From Sphyrna mokarran (Eukaryota): 64,000 nucleotides of DNA. This document shows, in pieces, positions 1 through 14,008 of this stretch. The stretch spans positions 10,168,001 to 10,232,000 of the forward strand of contig JAGIQG010000023.1 of NCBI GenBank assembly GCA_024679065.1, written 5' to 3'. Position 1 is the stretch's first letter; each line of letters begins with the position of its first letter. The translations under genes and the position numbers were made by a program. The notes under the pieces are model-generated. The model was not told the origin of the DNA. It did not search any database and worked only from the letters and a program-made list of their open reading frames with translations.

Positions 1-260
1 CCTTGCCAACTTTTTGTCAAGGACAGCAGAGTCCAAGGTGAGATAATTCTGACACCCATCTCTCTCGATCATTGCTCTTGAGCCTCTGAATTACAATTCT
101 TCCAACATAATCATTGTTCTAAATGCCTTCTAGCTGCCGGACTCTGCACTGCTGCAGAGCCTCCAGACATCAGAGGAGCTGTCAATACTTCCTCTCAGAT
201 AAAGCACCGATCAGTCATTTCACTTGAGACTAATAAAGATAATCACTGAGAACAATTTAC

Positions 261-569
261 CTTCAGATATTTGTAGCTTTACAGAAAATATTGAAAGTAG
301 GCCGAGTTTATCAATACCACAGCTGTACCATCCTGCATCTTCTGGGCGAAGATCCTCCATAGTAACAACAAATAATCCTTGTGTTTTGTTATCTGAGATT
401 GACATTCTCCCTCGCCGTCCATCTGGATCGTCTGATTTTACCAAAACAGAGCACTGGCGACTCCAATATTTCACATGTGACTGGGACAATTTGTCATAGT
501 GACAATCAATAGTGATCGCTCTTCCCAAAGCTCCTGTTACATTATTTTTTGCCCACAATGCTATTGGAG
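261..569 (-). CDS. Ig receptor exon 22: V-set domain V10 (CD300/pIgR-like)
   Basis: Acceptor ttttag, donor G|GTAAAT, 309 nt, phase 1-1. APIALWAKNNVTG..ITIDCHY..KYWSRQC..DAGWYSC..KLQISE. Confidence 0.9.
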
Positions 570-1202
570 CTAAAAAGATGGCAAGTCAAAAGTTGAACTG
601 AAAATAATCGTTTAATACAAACAGATATGTTTCAACAGGATTTGATACCGTGCTCAGAGAAATCTCTGCGATATATTTTCTAATGCAATTGAATACTTTC
701 TTGTTTGAGATCATTGGGCTCATTGAGTACGTGCTCCCCACAGATTTATAATTAGGTAACCATATTGAGATTGTATACTAAGCCCTTTATAAAGCAGGAC
801 ATTAATAGATTACATAATCTTTTAGTTGTGTTCACCATAGGATTATGGCTATTGGTATTTCCATTTTGTACAATGAAAGCACAGTTCTGTCCCTTCCTGC
901 TAATGAAATTATAAAATTTTCATACAGCAATTGTCAAACAGAAGATTGTCTGCTCATGATCACATTAATCTTTGAGGGAGCTTATTGCTCATAGATTGGT
1001 GCTGAGCTTCCTACATCACAACAATGGCCGTGAATCAGTTCCAGCATTGACTGGAACGGAATTTAAGACTGTCCTGATGTTATGAAAAGTGAAAAATAAA
1101 TGCAATTCTATTTTAGTAAAGTTGCTTTGAACGACCAATAAATTTAAATGACATTAATTTAAAAATTAGTTGATTTTTTTTTAATTTTAATGTGATATTT
1201 AC

Positions 1203-1526
1203 CAATGTTGCTGACTTGTGTTAAATAACTGCAATCATTCTCCGAAATGTAGATCACTGACACTATAACCATTTCACTGGATTTGTCTCCCCGGTTATTT
1301 GAGGCTGTGCAGTAATATTGATGATGTCGCTGTGTGAAGGATTGACAATGTAGATCCAGTTTATTGCTGTCAGAGATCTTTGAATCTTCAGACGAGGTCT
1401 TTTTATACCATGTGTACTGAATGGGAAGTGATCCCTGGACAGACTCACAGGAGACGGACACTGAGCCCCCAGAACATGAGGCATTTGGTGCTGATAGAAA
1501 TTCAAGTTCAGGGGCTGACACGGGTT
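1203..1526 (-). CDS. Ig receptor exon 21: C2-type Ig domain C10
   Basis: Acceptor ttcccacag, donor G|GTAAAT, 324 nt, phase 1-1. EPVSAP..VSCES..YTWYK..LHC..YYCTASN..NDCSY. Confidence 0.9.
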
Positions 1527-2767
1527 CTGTGGGAAAAAGACAATCGTTAACGGATTTTCTCAATAATTTCATTGCAGTGTTTATGTGACACTAAGTAAAA
1601 AAAGCTTTAACTTTAAACTTTAAATGATTAATCTTTAGAATGACCAAAATATTAATTGGTTTCATATTACCAGTACTTCTACACTTCATCCAGGGTGTGA
1701 GGAGGAAGGGGAAGTGTTAGCGAGATATGGCAGTGGGCAATTGTCCGAAAGCAGATCTATTGATTGCTCTCATGTACAGCACATATTCATGATGATAGAT
1801 TAGTTAGTGACAAGCATTGGAGTGTGATCTGAGACAGACTGTGTATGTAGTGGAGATTTAAACATCTTTCCTAAAATCGATTGAATCTTGAGCTAAAAAG
1901 TCTGACATTGAATGATCCGCCCCCACTGCCAGTTAGAATAGGGAATTTGGCACTCAGGCAAATCTCCATTCACAGCAGCGGGACTGGATAATTCCAGCTG
2001 AGGACGAGTTTGGTGCATTCCAGACATTGTTTGTATTTGTATTTAACATTCGACAGTAAGTAGCATTGAAGATTAAAGTGTGAGTACTGTTTAAGGTCAA
2101 GATTTTATAAATTTGAACAAACGAGACTGAAAAATCCCGCGGAAGTCAACAGACGTTTCCGTTTTCTGCCCCACACCCGCTCCGAAACCATGACGGGCAA
2201 GGCAGTAAATTTTTAAAGCACCATCCAAGAACATGAGCTGGGAGATAGAAGCTTTCCGCTGGCAGCAACTGAAATAGTTAATTGGAGAAACTGGCTTGAA
2301 CTGCTGTTTTTGAGCTGAGTACCTTTGTTTTGAACATACAAAATCGGACGTTCTCATTGCAATCAACACTGGGCACTGACTTTACCAGAGTGTGGAAGTT
2401 TAATGAGCTGAAGAAATTTACTACAGAAGAAGAAGTGAGCTGTTGGTGAGTATCTGGTGAGCATCTGGAAAGTGATCAACGTTTATTGTCCGGGCATCAG
2501 GAGTATGGGTGGTATCCTTGCCAACTTGTTAACAGGACAGTCTGGTCCAAGGTGCAATAATTCTGTCCCCTCTCTCTGGATCATTACTCTTGAGCCTCTG
2601 AATTACAATTCTTCCAACATAATCATTTTTCTCCCTGCCCTCTAGTTGCCAGACTTTGCACTGCTGCGGTCTCCAGACATCGGAACGGTCAATGTCTGCT
2701 CTCAGATAAAGCACCAATCAGACTTTCCAGTCAAGTGTAATAAAGATAATCACTGAGAACAATTTAC

Positions 2768-3076
2768 CGTCAGATATTTGTAGCTTTACGGGAAATATTG
2801 AAAGGAGGCCGGGCTTATCAATACCACAGCTGTACCATCCTGCATCTCCTGGGCGAAGATCCTCCATAGTAACAACAAATAATCCTTGTGTCTTGTTATC
2901 TGTGATCGACATTCTCCCTCGCCGTCCATCTGGATCATCTGATTTTACCAAAACAGAGCACTGACGACTCCAAAATTTCACATGTGGTTGGGACAATTTG
3001 TCATAGTGACAATCGATAGCGATCGCTCTTCCTAAAACTCCTGTTACATTATTTTTTGCCCGCAATGGACTCGGAG
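2768..3076 (-). CDS. Ig receptor exon 20: V-set domain V9
   Basis: ttttcag acceptor, GTAAAT donor, 309 nt open, phase 1-1. Confidence 0.9.
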
Positions 3077-3744
3077 CTGAAAAGACAATAGGTCAAAAAG
3101 TGAACTGAAAATCATTCTTTCATACAAACAGATGTATTTCGATAGAATTTGCCACTGTGTTCAGAGAAACCTCTGCATACATCTTGTAATGCAATTGAAT
3201 GATTCTTTGTTTGAGATCGTTGGGATCATGAACATGTTCTCCGCGTGGATTGATAATTAGACAACCACATTTAGATTGTATACAAATCGCTTTATAAAGC
3301 AAGACCTTGAGAGGTTCCATTAATCTTTTAGTCCTAGTTGGGATCTGTTAGTTTCACAATTGGTATGTGGTTATTGTTCATTTTCATTTTGTACAGTAAA
3401 AACACAGTGCCTTTACACCCAACTCCTGGAGTTATTCAATTTTCAAATAGCAGTTGTCAGACAGTAGATTGCCTGCTCATGATCACATTGCTCTTTGAGG
3501 GAGGTTACTGGTTATAAATTGGCACTGAGCTTCCTACATCACAACAATGGCCATGAATCAGTTCCAGCATTGACACGAACGAACTTTAAAACTGTTGTGA
3601 GGTTGTGAAAAGTGAAAAACAAATGTAATTCTATTTTTATTGAACTTAATTTGAATGACCAATGTAACTAAGCCTGCAAGCAATTCTGACAGACATTAAT
3701 TTAAAAATAAGTTGAATTTTTTTGAAGCTTAAAGTGATATTTAC

Positions 3745-4068
3745 CAATGTTGCTGATTTGTGTTAAATAACTGCAATCCTTCTCTGAAATGTAGATCACT
3801 GACACTATAACCATTTCACTGGATTTGTTTCCCTGGTTATTTGAGGCTGTGCAGTAATATTGATGATGTTGCTGTGTGAACGATTGACAATGTAGATCCA
3901 GTTTATTGGTGTCAGAGATCTTTGAATCTTCAGACAGAGTCTTTTCATACCATGTGTACTGAATGGGAAGTGATCCTTGGACAGACTCACAGGAGACGGA
4001 CACTGAGCTCCCAGAACATGAGGCATTTGGTGGAGATAGAAATTTAAGCTCTGGAAAAGACACAGGTT
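3745..4068 (-). CDS. Ig receptor exon 19: C2-type domain C9
   Basis: ttccacag acceptor, GTAAAT donor, 324 nt open, phase 1-1. Confidence 0.9.
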
Positions 4069-5335
4069 CTGTGGAAAAAAGACAATCATTAATGGATTTT
4101 CACATAAACTTTGTTGCAGTGTGAATTTAAGTCTACATTAACTTGTGACAACATTAAATAATTCTTTAACTTTCAACTTTAAAACTTTAAATTTTAGAAT
4201 GAACAAAAAATTAAATAATTTCATATTACCAGTATTTAGACACCTCACCCAAGATGTGAGGAGGAAAGGGACATTTTAGAGAGAGAGGGACAAATGGCAG
4301 TGGGAGCTTGGCTGAATGCAGGTAGTATCTAGTGATTGCTCTCACGGATAGCAGATAGTCATGATAGCAGATTAGTTACTAACAAGCATAGGAGTGTGGT
4401 CTGAGATAGACATTAGATGTGTGCTGAGGTAACGGGAGACTTAAATATCTTTCGTAAAATCCAATCCTGACTTGAATTTTCCAATATTGTGTGATCCATC
4501 TCCACCATCAGTTGGAATTGGGAATTTGGCACTCAGCCAAATCTCTGCTCACACCAACGGGACTGAATGATTTCAGCTGCAGTAGATTTTGGTGAATTCC
4601 CACCATTGTTTGCATTTGTATTTCACATTCAGAAGTAAGTACCATTCAACATTTAAGTGTGAGTACTGTTTCAAGTCTACAGCAAGGTTTTATGGCCTTG
4701 AACGAGCGAGACTGGAAAATACCACCCAAGATCAACAGACATTTCCACTGTCTGCCTCACACCTGCTTCAATACCATGACGGGCAAGGCAGTAAAATTCC
4801 GATGTAAGTATCATCCAAAAGACATGCATTGGGATATAAAAGCTATCAACTGGCAGCAACTGAAATAGTTAATTGGGAAACTGGCTTGAGCTGCTCTTTT
4901 TGTACTAAGACCCTTTGTTTTTGAACTCAGCACTTCTCACTTCAACCAAGTATGGAAGTTTATTGAGCTGAAGGAATTTACTTCAGGAGAAGAAGTGAAA
5001 TGTTGGTGAGTATCTGGTGAATATTTGGGAAGTGATCAAGGTCTAGTCTCCAGGCAATGGGTGCATGAGTGGGATCATTGCCAACTTTTTGCCAAGGACA
5101 GCAGAGTCATTGGTGAGATAATTTTGACCCCCATCTCTCTGGTTCATTACTCTGAGCCTCTGAATTACATACTATTACTCCAACATAATCATTGTTCTAA
5201 ATGTTTTTTATCTGCCAGGCTCTGCACTGCTGCAGAACTTCCAGGCATCGGAGCTGTCAATGTCTCCTCCCAGATAAAGTACCGAACAGTCATTTCAGTC
5301 AAAAGTAATAAAGATGATCACTGAGAACAATTTAC

Positions 5336-5644
5336 CTTCGGATATTTGTAGCTTTACAGGAAATATTGAAAGGAGGCCAGGCTTATCAATACCACAGCTG
5401 TACCATCCTGCATCTCCTGGGCGAAGATCCTCCATGGTAACAACAAATAATCCTTGTGTCTTGTTATCTGTGATCGACATTCTCCCTCGCCGTCCATCTG
5501 GATCATCTGATTTTACCAAAACAGAGCACTGGCGACTCCAATATTTCACATGTGACTGGGACAATTTGTCATAGTGACAATCAATAGTGATCGCTCTTCC
5601 TAAAACTCCTGTTACATTATTTTTTGCCCACAATGCACTCAGAG
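5336..5644 (-). CDS. Ig receptor exon 18: V-set domain V8
   Basis: ttttcag acceptor, GTAAAT donor, 309 nt open. Confidence 0.9.
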
Positions 5645-6312
5645 CTGAAAAGACAAAGGTCAAAAAGTGAACTGAAAATCATTCTTTCATACAAACAGAT
5701 TTATTTCGATAGAATTTGCCACTGTGTTCGGAGAAATCTCTGCAATGCACCTTGTAATGCAATTGAATGATTCTTTGATTGAGATCGTTGGGATCACTGA
5801 ACATGTTCTCCCTATGGATTGATAATTAGACAACCATATTTAGATTGTATACTAATATCTTTATAAAGCAAGATCTTGAGAGTTTCCATTAATCCTTTAG
5901 CCCTAGTTGGCATCTGTTAGTTTCACAATTGGTATATGGTTATTGTTTATTTTCATTTTGTACAATAAAAACACAGTTCCTTTACACCCGACTCCTGGAG
6001 TTATTCAATTTTCAAACAGCAGTTGTCAGACAGTAGATTGCCTGCTCATGATCACATTGCTCTTTGAGGGAGGTTACTGGTGATAAATTGCGCTGAGCTT
6101 CCTATATCACAACAATGGCTGTGAATCAGTTCCAGCATTGACCAGAACGGAATTTAAGACTGTTGTGAAGTTGTGAAAAGTGAAAAATAAATGTAATTCT
6201 ATTTTTATTGAACTTAATTTGAACGGCCAAAGGAACTAAACCTGTGAACAATTCTGACAGACATTAATTTACAAATTAGTTGAATTGTTTTGAAGCTTAA
6301 AGTGATATTTAC

Positions 6313-6636
6313 CAATGTTGCTGATTTGTGTTAAATAACTGCAATCATTCTCTGAAATGTGGATCACTGACACTATGACCATTTTGCTGGATTTTTCTCC
6401 TTGGTTATTTGAGGCTGTGCAGTAATATTGATGATGTTGCTGTGTGAAGGATTGACAATGTAGATCCAGTTTATTGGTGTCAGAGATCTTTGAATCTTCA
6501 GATGGAGTCTTTTCATACCATGTGTACTGAATGGGAAGTGATCCCTGGACAGACTCACAGGAGACTGACACTGAGCCACCAGAACATGAGGCATTTGGTG
6601 GAGATAGAAATTTAAGCTCTGGAACAGATACGGGTT
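6313..6636 (-). CDS. Ig receptor exon 17: C2-type domain C8
   Basis: ttccacag acceptor, GTAAAT donor, 324 nt open. Confidence 0.9.
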
Positions 6637-7877
6637 CTGTGGAAAAAAAGACAATAATTAACAGATTTTCACATAAACTTTGTTGCAGTGTGGATATAAG
6701 CCTACATTAACTTGTGATACAAATTAAATAATCTTTAACTTTCAACTTTAAAACTTTAAAGTTTAGAATGAACAAAAAGTTAAACAGTTTCATATTACCA
6801 GTATTTAGACACCTCACCCAGGGTGTGAAGAAGAAAGAGAAATTGTAGAGAGAGAGAGACTGTAGTGGGAGCTTGGCTGAATGCAGGTAGTATTTATTGA
6901 TTGCTGTCACAAACAACAGATATTCATGTTAGCAAAGATTAGTTACTAACAAGCATTGGAGTATGATCTGGGATGGACTTTGAGTGTTTGCTGAGATAAT
7001 GGAGATTTAAATATCTTTCGTAAAATCCAATCCTGACTTGAATTCTCTGATATCAAGCGATCCATCTCCACCACCAGTTGGAATTAGGAAATTGGTGCTC
7101 AGCCAAATCTCTATTCACACCAACGGGACTGGATGATTCCAGCTGCAATAAGTTTTGGTGAATTCCAACCATTGTTTGCATTTGTATTTAATATTCAAAA
7201 GTAAGTACCATTCAACATTTAAGTGTGAGTACTGTTTCAAGTCTACAACGAGGTTTTATGGCCTCGAATGAGCGAGACTGGAAAATTCAGCCCAAGATCA
7301 ACAGACATTTCCACTGTCTGCCCCACACCTGCTTCAATACCACGACAGACAAGGCAGTAAAATTCCAATGTAAGTATCATCCAAAGGACATACATTGGGA
7401 GATGAAAGCTATCAATTGGCAGCAACTGAAATAGTTTATTGGGGAAACTGGCTTGAACTGAGACTTTTTGTTTTTGAACTCAGCAATGGAGTCTAACTTC
7501 AACCAAGTGTGCAGGTTTAATGAGCTGAAGGAATTTATTACAGGAGAAGAAGTGAGCTGTTGTTGAGTATTAGGGGAATATTCAGGAAGTGGTCAGGAGG
7601 CATCGGGAGCATGAGTGGAGTCCTTGCCAACTTGTTATCCAGGAGAGTGTGGTCCAAGGTGAAATAAATCTGCCCCCATATCTCTGGATCATTACTCTGA
7701 GCCTCTGAATTACAATTCCTCCAACATAATCATTGTTCTAACTGCTTTCTAGCTGCCAGGCTCTGCACTGCTGCGGAGCCTCCAGACATCAGAGCTGTCA
7801 ATGTCTCCTCCCAGATAAAGCACTGATCAAGTCATGTCAGTTGACAGTAATAAAGATGATCACTGAGAACAATTTAC

Positions 7878-8186
7878 CGTCAGATATTTGTAGCTTTACA
7901 GGAAATATTGAAAGGAGGCCGGGCTTATCAATACCACAGCTGTACCATCCTGCATCTCCTGGGCGAAGATCCTCCATCGTAACAACAAATAATCCTTGTG
8001 TCTTGTTATCTGTGATCGACATTCTCCCTCTCCGTCCATCTGGCTCATCTGATTTTACCAAAACAGAGCACTGACGACTCCAATATTTCACATGTGACTG
8101 GGACAATTTGTCATAGTGACAATTGATAGTGATCGCTCTTCCCAAAACTCCTGTTACATTATTTTTTGCCCACAATGCACTCGGAG
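7878..8186 (-). CDS. Ig receptor exon 16: V-set domain V7
   Basis: ttctcag acceptor, GTAAAT donor, 309 nt open. Confidence 0.9.
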
Positions 8187-8852
8187 CTGAGAAGACAACA
8201 GGTCAAAAATTGAACAGGAAATAATTGTTTATAACAAACAGATATATTTCAATATGATTTGCCACCGTGCTCAGAGAAATCTCTGCACTATATCTTCTAA
8301 TGCAATTGAATACTTCCTTGTTTGAGATCATTGGGCTCATTGAGTACGTGTTCTCCACAGATTGATAATTAGACAACCATATTAGATTGTATACTAAGCC
8401 CTTTATAAAGCAAGACCTTGAGAGGTTCCATAATCTATTAGTCCTATTCGGCATCTGTTGTGTCCATTGCAGGCTTATGGTTATTGTTATTTCCATTTTG
8501 TACAATGAAAGCACAGTTCTTTCCCTTCCTGCTCCTGGAGTTATTAAATTTTCAAACAGCATTTGTCAAACAGCAGATTGTCTGTTCACGATTACATTGC
8601 TCTGTGAGGGAGCTTATCTCTCATGAATTTGCCCTGAGCTTCCTACATTACAACAATTACTCTAAATCAGTTCCAGCATTGACCAGAATGGAATTAAAAA
8701 CTGTCCTGAATTTGTGAAAAGTGAAAAATAAATGCAATTCTATTTTCGTAAAGTTGCTTTGAACGACCAATAGAACTAAAGCCATGAACAATTCAGACGG
8801 ACATTAATTTAAAAATTAGTTGATTTTTTTTGAAGCTTTATGTGATATTTAC

Positions 8853-9176
8853 CAATGTTGCTGATTTGTGTTAAATAACTGCAATCATTCTCTGAAACGT
8901 GGATCACTGACACTGTAACCATTTCACTGGATTTGTTTCCCTGGTTATTTGAGGCTGTGCAGTAATATTGATGATGTTGTTGTGTGAAGGATTGACAATG
9001 TAGATCCAGTTTATTGCTGTCAGAGATCTTTGAATCTTCAGACGGGGTCTTTTCATACCATGTGTACTGAATGGGAAGTGATCCCTGGACAGACTCACAG
9101 GCGGTGGACACTGAGCCCCCAGAACATGAGGCATTTGGTGCTGATAGAAATTTAAGTTCAGGAACAGACACGGGTT
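8853..9176 (-). CDS. Ig receptor exon 15: C2-type domain C7
   Basis: ttcccacag acceptor, GTAAAT donor, 324 nt open. Confidence 0.9.
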
Positions 9177-10230
9177 CTGTGGGAAAAAGACAATCATTAA
9201 CTGATTTTCTCAATAACTTCATTGCGGTGTTAATGTATGCCTACATGTGACACTGAATAAAAAAACTTCAACTTTAAATTTTAAATGACTAATCTTTAGA
9301 ATGACCAAAAAATTAAATAGTTCCATATTACCAGGACTTCTACACTTCATCAGGGACTGAGGAGGAAGGGGAATGTGTTTGAGAGTGATGGCAGTGGGGA
9401 ACTTGGCTGAATGCAGATAGTATCTGCATTCTGATTGCTCTCATGGACAGCAGATATTCATGATAGCAGATTAGTTAGTGTCAAGTATTGGAGTGTGATC
9501 TCAGATAGACTCTGTATGTTTGCTGAGATAATGGAGGTTTAAATATCTTTTCCCAAATATAACCTTGAGCTGAATGGTCTGATATTGAATGATCTTCCCC
9601 CGCTGCTAGTTGGAATCAAGAATTTGGCATTCAGCCAAATCTCCATTTACAGCAGCAGGACTGGATAATTCTCGCTACAGATGATTTTGGTGAATTCCAG
9701 GCATTGTTTGCATTTGTATTTAACATTCAACAGTAACTACCATTCAGCATTTAAGTGAGTACTGTTTCAAGTCTAGGGCAGGGTTTTATGAACTTGAACA
9801 AATGAGACTGGAAAATCACGCTAAAGGTCAACAGACATTTCCGTTCTCTGCCCCACACCCGCTGTGGCAAGGCAGCAAAATTCCGACGGAACTATCATCC
9901 AAAGGACATGAGCTGGGGGATAGAAGCTGTTAGCTGGCAGCAACTGAAACAGTTAATTGGGGAAACTGGCTTGAACTGCTCTTTTTGTACTGAGACATTT
10001 TTGCTTTAAATTCAGCATTTCTGACTTCAACCAAGTGTGGAGATTTAATGAGCTGAAGGAATTTACTACAGGGGAAAAAGTGAGCTGTTGGTGAATATCT
10101 GGTGAGTTTCCGGAACTCTGGAGGCTGCGGAGCCTCCAGACATCGGAGCTGTCAATATCTCCTCTCAGATAAAGCACCTATCAGACATTACAATCGAGAG
10201 TAATAAAGATCATCACTGAAAACAAATTAC

Positions 10231-10539
10231 CGTCAGATATTTGTAGCTTTACAGGAAATATTGAAAGTAGGCCGGGTTTATCAATACCACAGCTGTACCA
10301 TCCTGCATCTCCTGGGCGAAGATCCTCCATAGTAACAACAAATAATCCTTGTGTCTTGTTATCTGTGATCGACATTCTCCCTCGCCGCCCATCTGGATCG
10401 TCTGATTTTACTAAAACAGAGCACTGACGACTCCAAAATTTCACATGTGATTGGGACAATTTGTCATAGTGACAATTGATAGTGATCACTCTTCCCAAAA
10501 CTCCTGTTACATTATTTTTTGCCCACAACGCACTTGGAG
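10231..10539 (-). CDS. Ig receptor exon 14: V-set domain V6
   Basis: ttttcag acceptor, GTAATT donor, 309 nt open. Confidence 0.9.
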
Positions 10540-11196
10540 CTGAAAAGGCAACACGTCAAAAATTGAAATGAAAATAATTGGTTAATACAAACAGATATGT
10601 TTCAATAGGATTTGCTACCGTGTTCAGAGAAATCTCTGCAATACATCTTCTAATGCAATTGAATACTTGCTTATTTGAGATCATTGGGCTCATTGAGTAC
10701 GTGCTCCCCACACTGATAATTAGACAACTATATTGAGATTGTATTCTATACCCTTTATAAAGCAAGACTTTGAAAGGTTCCACTAATCTTTTAGTTCTGT
10801 TTGGGATCTGTTATGTTCACCACAGGCGTATGGTTATTGTTTATTTCCATTTTGTACAATGAAAGCACAGTTCCTTCATATCCGGCTCCTAAAGTTATTA
10901 AAGTTTCAAACAACAATTGTCAAATAGCTGATTGTCTGCTCATAATCACATTGGAGCTTTTTGCTCATAAACTGGAGCGGAGCTTCCTACATCACAATAA
11001 TCGTTCTGAATCAGTTCCGGCATTGACCAGAACAGGATTTAAGACTGTCATGAAGTTGTGAAAAATGAAAAATAAATGCAATTCTATTTCATTAAAATTG
11101 CTTTGAATAACCAGTGCAACTAAAACTGTGAGCGATTCTGCTGGACATTAATTTAAAAATTAGTTGATTTTTTTTGAAGTTTAACATGATATTTAC

Positions 11197-11520
11197 CAAT
11201 GTTGCTGATTTGTGTTAAATAACTACAATCATTCTCTGAAATGTGGATCACTGACACTGTAACCATTTCACTGGATTTGTCTCCCTGGTTATTTGAGGCC
11301 GTGCAGTAATATTGATGATGTTGCTGCGTGAAGAATTGACAATGTAGATCCAGTTTATTGGTGTCAGAGATCTTTGAATCTTCAGACGGGGTCTTTTCAT
11401 ACCATGTGTACTGAATGGGAAGTGATCCCTGAACAGACTCACAGGAAACAGATACTGAGCCCCCAGAACATGAGGCATTTGCTGCTGATAGAAATGTAAT
11501 TTCAGGAACAGACACGGGTT
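11197..11520 (-). CDS. Ig receptor exon 13: C2-type domain C6
   Basis: ttcctacag acceptor, GTAAAT donor, 324 nt open. Confidence 0.9.
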
Positions 11521-12714
11521 CTGTAGGAAAAAGACAATCATTAACAGATGTTCACAAAAACTTTATTACAGTGTTAATTTAAACCTTCTTGTGACATTGA
11601 GTGAAAAAAGTATTTAACTTTAAATGACTAAACTTTAGAACGACCAAAAAAAAAATGAAATTGTTACATTTTACCAGTGTTTTTACACATCACCCAGTGT
11701 GTGAGGAGGAAAGGAAAGTGTCAGAGAGAGAGGGAGAGATGGCAGTGGGAACTTGGCCAAATGTAGATAGTATCTATTGATTGCTCTCACGGACAGCAGA
11801 TATTCATGATAGCAGATTAGTTAGTGACAAGCATTGGAGATGTTTGCTCAGATAACGGAGACATCTTTTATAAAATCTAATGTTGACCTGAATTCTCTAA
11901 TATCAAACGATCTGCCTCCGTTGCCAGTTGGAGTAGGAATTTGGCACTTAACCAAATCTTCATTTACAGCAGTGGGACTGGATAATTCCAGCTGAGGATG
12001 AGTTTGGTGAATTCTAGGCATTGTTTGTATTTGTATTTAACGTTTAATAGTAAGTAGCATTCAACATTTAAGTGAGAGTACGGTTTCAAGTATAGAGTGG
12101 GGTTTTATGGCATCGAGCGACCAAGACTGGAAAATCCCGCCGAAGGTCAACAGACATTTCCGTTGTCTGCCCCACACCTGTTCTGATACCACAATGGGCA
12201 AGTCAGTAAAATTTCAAAAGTGTATCATCCAAAAGACAAAAGTTGGGAGATAGAAGCTATCAGCTGGCACCAACTGAGATAGTTAATTGGGGAAACTGAA
12301 TTGTTGTTTCTGAACTTAGCACTGGAATCTGACTTCAACCTGGTGTGAAGTTTCAATGAGCTGAAGGTATTTACTGCAGGGGAAGAAGTGAGCTGTTGAT
12401 GAGTATCTGGTGAGTATCCAGGAAGTGGTCAAGGTCTATTATCCAGGCATGGGAGCATGGGTGGAGTCCTTGCCAACTTGTTATCCATGGTCCAAGATGC
12501 AATAAATCTGCCCCCATCTCTCTGGATCATTACTCTGAGCCTCTGAATTACAATTCTTCCAACATAATCATTGTTCTAACTGCCCTCTAGTTGCCAGACT
12601 CTGCACTGCTGCGGAGTCTCAGGAAATCAGAGCTGTCAATGTCTCCTCCCAGAAAAAGTACTGATCAGACATTTCAGTTGACAGCAATAACGATAATCAC
12701 TGAGAACAATTTAC

Positions 12715-13023
12715 CATCAGAAATTTGTAGTTTTACAGGAAATATTGAAAGTAGGCCGGGTTTATCAATACCACAGCTATACCATCCTGCATCCCCTGGG
12801 CGAAGATCCTCCATAGTAACAACAAATAATCCTTGTGTTTTGTTATCTGTGATCGACATTCTCCCTCGCCGTCCATCTGGATCGTCTGATTTTACCAAAA
12901 CAGAACAGTGACGACTCCAATATTTCACATGTGACTGGGACAATTCATTATAGTGACAATTGATAGTGATCGGTCTTCCCAAAACTCCTGTTACATTACT
13001 TTTTGCCCACAATGCACTGGGAG
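12715..13023 (-). CDS. Ig receptor exon 12: V-set domain V5
   Basis: ttttcag acceptor, GTAAAT donor, 309 nt open. Confidence 0.9.
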
Positions 13024-13684
13024 CTGAAAAGACAACAGGTCAAAAATTGAACTGGAAATCATTGTTTCATTCAGGCAGATGTATTTCAATAAAATTTCCA
13101 CTGTGTTCGGAGAAATCTCTCAAAACATCTTGGAATGCAACTGAATGATTCCTTGTTAGAGATTGTTGGGATCATTGAACATGTTCTCCCCGTGGGGATT
13201 GATAATTAGGCAACTATATTAAGATTGTATTCTATACTCTTTATAAAGCAAGACCTTGAGAGGATCCATTAATCTTTTAGTCCTGTTTGGGATCTGTTTG
13301 GGTTCACCACAGGCATGTGGTCATTTTTTTTATTTTCATTTTATACAATAAAAGCACATTTCTTTCATACCCGACTCCTGGTGTTATTATATCCTCAAAC
13401 AGAATTGTTAGATAACAGTTTGCCTGCTCACGATCATATTGATCTTTGAAGGAGGTTACTGCTTCTAAATTGGCATTGAGCTTTCTACATCACAACAATC
13501 AGTTCCAGCATTGACATCAATGGATTTTAAAACTGATCTGAATTTGTGAAAAGTGAAAAATAAATGTGAATCTATTTTTATCAAAATTAATTTGAACGAC
13601 CAATAGTACTAAACCCATGAGCAATTCCAACAGTCATTATTTTAAAAATTAGTTGAATTTTTTGAAGCTTTAACTAATATTTAC

Positions 13685-14008
13685 CAATGCTGCTGATTTG
13701 TGTTAAATAACTGCAATCAATCTCTGAAATGTGGATCACTGACACAGTAACCATTTCACTGGATTCGTTTCCCTGGTTATTTGAGGCTGTGCAGTAATAT
13801 TGATGATGTTGTTGTGTGAAGGATTGACAATGTAGATCCAGTTTATTGGTGTCAGAGATCTTTGAATCTTGAGACAGGGTCTTTTCATACCATGAGTACT
13901 GAATGGGAAATGATCCCTTGTCAGACTCGCAGGAGACGGACACTGAGCCCCCAGAACATGAGGCATTTGGTGGTGATCGAAACTTAAGCTCAGGAACAGA
14001 CACGGGCT
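13685..14008 (-). CDS. Ig receptor exon 11: C2-type domain C5
   Basis: ttcccacag acceptor, GTAAAT donor, 324 nt open. Confidence 0.9.

Noticed and set aside
3150-3190. CACAGTG heptamer (minus strand) ~80 nt upstream of several V acceptors, suggesting V(D)J-type RSS
   Set aside because: No nonamer at 12 or 23 nt spacing, mutated in several units and not abutting coding ends; no evidence of RAG-type rearrangement.
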